Source of the DNA: Eledone cirrhosa
Taxonomy: Eukaryota
NCBI GenBank assembly: GCA_964016885.1
Contig: OZ024757.1
Span: 41,168,001 to 41,232,000 of the forward strand
Length of the DNA: 64,000 bases
Reading direction: 5' to 3'
Part shown: positions 57,293 through 64,000 of the stretch, in pieces
How positions within the stretch are numbered: position 1 is the stretch's first letter
Layout: each line of letters begins with the position of its first letter
Position numbers and translations under genes: made by a program
Notes under the pieces: model-generated
What the model was told of the DNA's origin: nothing
Databases searched by the model: none
Seen by the model: the letters and a program-made list of their open reading frames with translations, nothing else

Positions 57293-58192
57293 GTTCTTTG
57301 AGTCTCAGTCATTGATGTTATTTAACTGGAAAGTTTGTTGAAATGAATATTAAGCTGCTACCTGCAGCCTCAGATATTCAGGACGTATCGGTGGGTTCTT
57401 GCTGTTCCCAGCAAGCATGCCTTTTGAAGTGTTCCAAAAAGTGGGGCTGGACTAATCTTCTTTAACCATCCTTGGAAACTCTTTGAGATAGTACCTAGTG
57501 TTCCTATGACAATCGGGACCACCTTGATTTCATGGTAGTTCCAAATCCTTTTTAACTCCCACTTTAAATCCTGGTATCGGTTAATTTTCTCCCTCTCCTT
57601 TTCTCGCACTCTTGTGTCAAATGGGCAGGCTACATCTACAATCAGGCACAATCTTTTTTCCTTGTCCAAAACCACCAGGTCAGGTCTATTGTGTTCTAAT
57701 TTCTTGTCCATCTGTATCCTAAAATCCCATAGCACCTTCACCTGATCGTTTTCTATCACTGACTCTGGCTTATGCTCATACCACGTCTCAGAATGTGGTA
57801 AATTGTTTACTTTGCATAGGTGCCAGTGGATCACCCTGCCCATCACATCATATCTCCAGCCTTTATAGTGAGTCTGGGCTAGGTGTTTACACTCAGATAC
57901 AATGTGAGCCACAGTCTCCTCTCTCTCTCCATAGATCCTACACAGTGGGCTAGCCTCCTCCTTGTCAATATGGTGTTTCACCCACTTCGTTCTGAGGGCC
58001 TGCTCTTGCACAGCCATTAGCATTCCTTCTGTAGCCTTTTTAAGGTCTCCTCTTTTTAACCAGTTCCATGTCTGTGGATTTCTAAATTCAGTTTTCTTAA
58101 AGAAGGTACTATGAAGGGATTTTTCATGAATTCCTCCTTGTTGTTATTTCCTCCTTGGACATCCCCTGGTCTATTGTCTTCTCCTTCAGTAC
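57293..58192 (-). mobile_element. R4/Dong-clade non-LTR retrotransposon 3' fragment (CCHC knuckle + restriction-like endonuclease + 3' UTR), degenerate
   Basis: The ORF 57370..58023 reads QEQALRT, CRIYGEREETVAHIVSEC (CCHC with C>Y), KVLWDFRIQMD..NRPDLVV..IVDVACPFD..EKINRYQDL, VVPIVIGTLG, LQKACLLGTA. The upstream frame continues WNWLKRGDLKKATEG. (TTA)n lies at both ends (57279-57292, 58197-58217). Confidence 0.9.
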
Positions 58193-59599
58193 AATTTTAT
58201 TATTATTATTATTATTATCCTTATTGTCATTATTGTTGTCGTTTTCTGTTACTGAGAAAATTGTTGTTATATATAAATGAAATAATTACCATTATTATTT
58301 TTTTATTATTATTGTTACTATTGTTGTTGTTGCTATTATTGCCTTCTGCTAAGTGCTTCTCGAATATTTCAAAGAAATCTCTACTAATGATTTTCTAATT
58401 TCGATAAAATAAATTAATAAATAAAAATTGTTAAATTCTTCAATGAAAATATATTTGATAATACGACTGAACTAAAGAACTGAAGACTAGCAATTGAGTA
58501 AAGAATAAAATATAATTTCCCCTAAAAGGAAGAAAAAAAATGAAAAAAAACGACACTACCCCCTCCCCTCCACTTACATACACACACACACACATACTCA
58601 CACACACATACACACACACACTCACACTTACACACTCTCACCTTCTTACAAACAAAAAGCAAAAGAAAAAGGGTGACCCAGGACAGTTCAGGTTTGAGGG
58701 GTGTGCCTAGGTCAGTTCAGGTTTGGAGGTTCAAGGGCAGTTCATGTTTGGGGGCCCATGGACAGTTCAGGTTTGGCGAGAGGGCAAGGTTGTTCCTAGA
58801 GGGGACCTGTTTGACAAGGGGTGCCCACAGCATTTCCCCCTCCCCCTGATAAATCTGGCCCTGCCATTGAGCAATGCCTTGTCAGCGAAATTTGGGAGGA
58901 AACTGTAGAAGCCCACTGTGTATATGTACTGAAACTATATTGTGTTTGCGTGTGTGGCGTGTGTATGAATACATGTGTTGCTACCTGAAAGCTCTCTGTA
59001 TGTATATGTGTTTCTATGTATGTCTGTATATATATATGTATGTATGCGTTTGTGTGAGAGTGCATGTGTGTGCGTGTGTTTGCATGTGTGTTTATGCATG
59101 CCTGTGTTGCTATCTGAACCCACTTTCTCTCTGTTTGTGTGTGTGTGCATGGCTGAGCATGTGCGCAGCATGTGTGTGTATGCATACATTAATTTCTACC
59201 TGAAAACTCTCTTTCTTTATGTGTGTATATATATATATGTGTGTGTGTGTGCTTGCATGTGTGTGTATGTGTGTGTTTACATACCTGCGTTGCTACTTGA
59301 ACACTCCCTCTCTCCCTGTTGCTGAATTCCAACTAATAAATTGTTCAATAGTTTCCCCAAGACATTTCCAGGATCAATTATGTACCTTCTTGTTTTCCAC
59401 CATTATCACTCCCAGCATGGATTTTGTATCTAAGTATTGCATAATTGATTGGTTTTCAGTAATCCTTGATAGATCTGCATAGTCCTCCTGTTATATCCAT
59501 ACCTCTCAATATTGTCACCTGAAAAGATCCGATATCATACTACATCTACCCCCATGCTGGGGCACTGCTTTGAAAGACTTTTAGTTCATCATAGCGATC

Positions 59600-59652
<53 letters not shown>

Positions 59653-59872
59653 TTTCTTTATATATATAGATTGTTCCTTGAGCTGATCGACTGTGAAACA
59701 TATGTAATATGTAATTAAATATGTATATGATGCAACACTGATTATTTGTTCCCTTATATATTAATATATATATATATATATATATATCATCATCATCATC
59801 ATCATCATCATCACCGTTTTACGTCCGTTCTTCCACGCTAGCATGAGTTATATATATATATATGTATGTATG

Positions 59873-59904
<32 letters not shown>

Positions 59905-60098
59905 TATATAGGTGTATGTATGTATGTATATATATATATAGGTATATGTATGTATGTATATATATGTATGTATGTATATATATATATAGGTATATGTATG
60001 TATGTATATATATGTATGTATGTATATATATATGTAGGTGTATGTATGTATGTATGTATATATATGTATGTATGTATATATATATATATATATGTGTG

Positions 60099-60160
<62 letters not shown>

Positions 60161-60250
60161 TATATGTATGTATATATGTGTATATATGTATATATATATA
60201 TGTATGTATATATGTGTATATATGTATATATATATATGTATGTATATATG

Positions 60251-60285
<35 letters not shown>

Positions 60286-60370
60286 GTATATATATATATG
60301 TATGTATATATGTATATATATATATGTATGTATATATGTATATATATATGTATGTATATATCTCTCTCTT

Positions 60371-60791
60371 TCGTCTGCGACTTCACAAAACTTGCGTTTA
60401 CCGAATTCGTAGACCAGACCCCTTTATCTTCTTCTTCTCTTCTTCTTCCTCTTCTCTCCTTTTTTTTTTTTTTTTTTCTCTCTCTCTTTTTTCCCCCCCG
60501 TCAAACTTGGGCGAAATTCTTTCCTTGCTCACATTTCAACCAGGTTTGATGGTCTTTTGTCTCTTGTTCACGATTTCACAGAGTTTATATTCATAGAGAT
60601 CTGGGACTTGTCTATTTCTACTCACTTTCCGTTGCTAAAACTTTTTTGTTGTTACTCTGGCGTCCCCCTTTATTTACGTGTCCCAACGACGTTTTTTAGC
60701 CGTTGTTCGCACCAACCCGAGGCATATGGCCCTTAAAGCGATGAAATGCCCAGGACGGTTGGAGGGTCACTGATGAAGGACTCACTTTTTC

Positions 60792-60793
<2 letters not shown>
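60371..60793 (+). mobile_element. Dispersed non-coding repeat ending near CTGATGA, homologue of 19166-19530
   Basis: GTCCCCTTTATTTACGTGTCCCAACGAC..TTAAAGCGATGAAAT..GGTTGGAGGGTCACTGATGAAGGACT, flanked by TA-rich repeats. Confidence 0.8.
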
Positions 60794-60824
<31 letters not shown>

Positions 60825-60930
60825 TAAATGGAATAGAATGAAACGAAATTTCATTTCTCACTCTTAGTACGGCACTTACTTAAATGTAAGTACATATGTA
60901 TGTAAGTATGTGTGCGTATACATACATACC

Positions 60931-60965
<35 letters not shown>

Positions 60966-62440
60966 ATAAACGATAACGAAATATCGTTATAGGTAATCCA
61001 GTTAGAGGTTGTGAATACTTCTTATTATGGATAGTTTTTGCGTACAACATTGCTTGACTCACCAAGAGGTTTACGTAGATGACGAGTTTATGATTTCACT
61101 TGTATTCCTATTTCTTCCTGTTATTCTCCACCTTTTCAATTATATATATATGTATATATATAAAAGACACAAATTTAAACAAGAGACTTAAAAATCGATT
61201 GGATAGACTTGTTTGTATGGGAACAGATTTAAGTGAAATTTCACTGAAATCTTATAGGCTTACTCCCTTGATAATGGGTTTTTAAACAAGAAAATAGTTA
61301 GGATTGTTAAATTTGCTAAAGTAAGATTCTTTTGTTATCTTAGCAATTTTAACAATCTTCATAACGCATTGTGTTGGTCTTCAAAATTTAAATTTGTGTT
61401 TCTTATTAAACAATGTTTCAAGCAATCTACAAAACTCTGTTATATATATTTATTTATTTATATAAAGAAATTCGTTTTCAAATATGAAAACTGCAAAGGT
61501 GCAGGTGAAAAACATATATGCACTCAAAATATTGTAATTTATTTTAATAAACTGTACACATGGCTACATGTAATATTTAAAAAGAAAAACATTTATAGTA
61601 ATTCCTATTGTGTTAGATTAATTACACGTGGAGCAAATTATTCATTAGAATATGTTACTAAACACTTATTCTCATCATAATTTGATTTACAATTGTTTTA
61701 TCCCTGTGGGAGTCATCAGAATCAATCATTTTATAAATAATTACTTGAACAAGTTCAGCGTTTCGAAACCTACAAACATTCCAGAGATTTTTGTTTACAT
61801 TTTATGTCTTGGTTAACCTAAGACGATCATAAAACGACACTCGACCACAATGCCCTACACAATGAGATTAAACTCGAAATCATATGGTTAGAAAATGAGC
61901 TCATTTAACCACACAGCCATTCCTGCCAGGATCATGCTTGCTTTAGTTTCAATTTTCGTTATTCTCTATTTTTTGTTTGTTTTTGTTGTGGTTGTTTTGC
62001 TTTTTTGCGGGGTGGGGCGAGTAAGGGAGTTTACCGATTATTCCTGAATATTAACGATGCACAAAATTTTCGTTCAGATTCAATTTCCATCTTAAAAACA
62101 TCTGCCTTGTTTCTTATCTTGTTTCTTAAATAATTCACTTGTAGTTTTATCAAAATAAAGCTTCAGCCCCTTTTGTTTCTTTCTTGTTTCATGTTCAAAT
62201 TTCTGCTGGATTCCCTTTCAAGTTCCTCTCACCATTTTTGACATTCTTTCTCATTCCTTTCTTGAGAAAATTTTACCATTTTCTCTTATAAACCAAGCTT
62301 TGTATTTTCGTCTTTGCTTTGTCGTTTTCTTGGAGGGGTCTTTTGGTTTCTTGGATTTTTGGGGGTCTTTTTTTTAATAGAGCACTGTTCTTTCATCATA
62401 TCCTTTTCAGTCTCTCTCTCTCTGTCTTTATCTCTCGGTG

Positions 62441-62500
<60 letters not shown>

Positions 62501-63189
62501 TCCTATCCCCTCTTTTTCATTTTCTTTCTGTCTTCAAAACTTTCACTGTCTCTCACTCTCTCCTTTGCTCTCTCTGTTTTTCTCACTTTCTATTTTGCTC
62601 CCCCCCCCCCCCCCACACACACACACATACCCTTTCCCCCCTCCCTCTCTCTACCTCCCAACCACCCACACCTCTCACCCTCTCTCCCTCTACCTCCAAA
62701 CCACCCACACCCCTTCCCCCTCTCTCTACCCTCCAACCACCCACACCTCTCCCCATCTCTCTCCCACCCACATATATTCTCTCTCCACCACCCCTACCCT
62801 CCTCTCTACCATCCATCCCCATCCCTCTCCCACCCACACTTATCCCGCTATCCCCTCTCTCTCCCCTTAAATTCTAATCTGCCCACATTATATATTTTAC
62901 TGCCATATAATCAACTAGAACCCATTAAGGACTTTAAAAACCCTGTCAAACACCAAGAAAAGTAAAAAAATGTTAACAGGATATTCTCATTTCTCTTTCA
63001 TACTCCTTTCATCCTGTGTCACCACCCAGTCGTGGCTCCTTTTCCAGCCCGTCCTCAAGCCCTCATCAATCCCTCGCAAACCCCTCCAGCCCTTCACCAA
63101 CTCCCATTTTATTTTATTTTATTTTTTCTTTACTCTTTGTGAAAAACTTGTCATCATTTGTTTGTCTACCGAGCTGCAGCATGTTCTAA

Positions 63190-63700
<511 letters not shown>

Positions 63701-64000
63701 AAATAGATCTTTTAAAGTCCTTTTAAATATATTTCTAAATATATTTTTAAATATATTTTTAAATACATCTTTACTGATTTAAACTGCATTCCTTACCTTC
63801 TTACCGAGTAAAAAGAAATAACGACACATTCCTTAAATTTATAGCTTTCAATAAATGTGTTTTCCTGAATAATTCCTGTTTGATCATAGTTACTACCATT
63901 CACAGGTTTAATTTCAGTCAAGCTTCTTCACATTTTCATTTCTCTCTTCTTCATTTATTTTTATATATTTTAAAAAATATTTTTATTTATTTTTCAAAGT

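Noticed and set aside
58680-58863. DNA-transposon end (TAAATCTGGCCCTG) with short CAGTTCAGGTTTG repeats
   Set aside because: Only one putative TIR was seen, with no matching left end or TSD.

Overview
This is AT-rich, repeat-saturated eukaryotic (animal) non-coding DNA, most likely intergenic or intronic sequence of an octopus/coleoid cephalopod. That assignment is an inference from the very large (TA)n/(TATG)n/(CA)n/(CT)n tracts and the abundant tRNA-headed SINE. No host gene can be confidently called, and nearly all ORFs in the track are microsatellite translations. Real coding sequence is retroelement-derived: a 5'-truncated but open-frame RTE LINE (about 8825-11490) whose RT carries an inserted PHD-type zinc finger, two R4/Dong (restriction-like endonuclease) families associated with (TAA)n, and Tx1, CR1 and other RTE fragments. 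More than 15 copies of one SINE, a second SINE sharing the RTE 3' tail, a TTAA-flanked piggyBac-type MITE and several satellites are also present. The most interesting signal is a set of short non-coding islands inside (TA)n tracts that are long fold-back palindromes and/or carry hammerhead-ribozyme cores (CTGANGA-stem-GAAA-palindromic stem III). They lie at about 3.7-4.2, 31.05, 34.1-34.5 and 47.0-47.4 kb, with relics elsewhere, and are consistent with Penelope-like or retrozyme-type elements.
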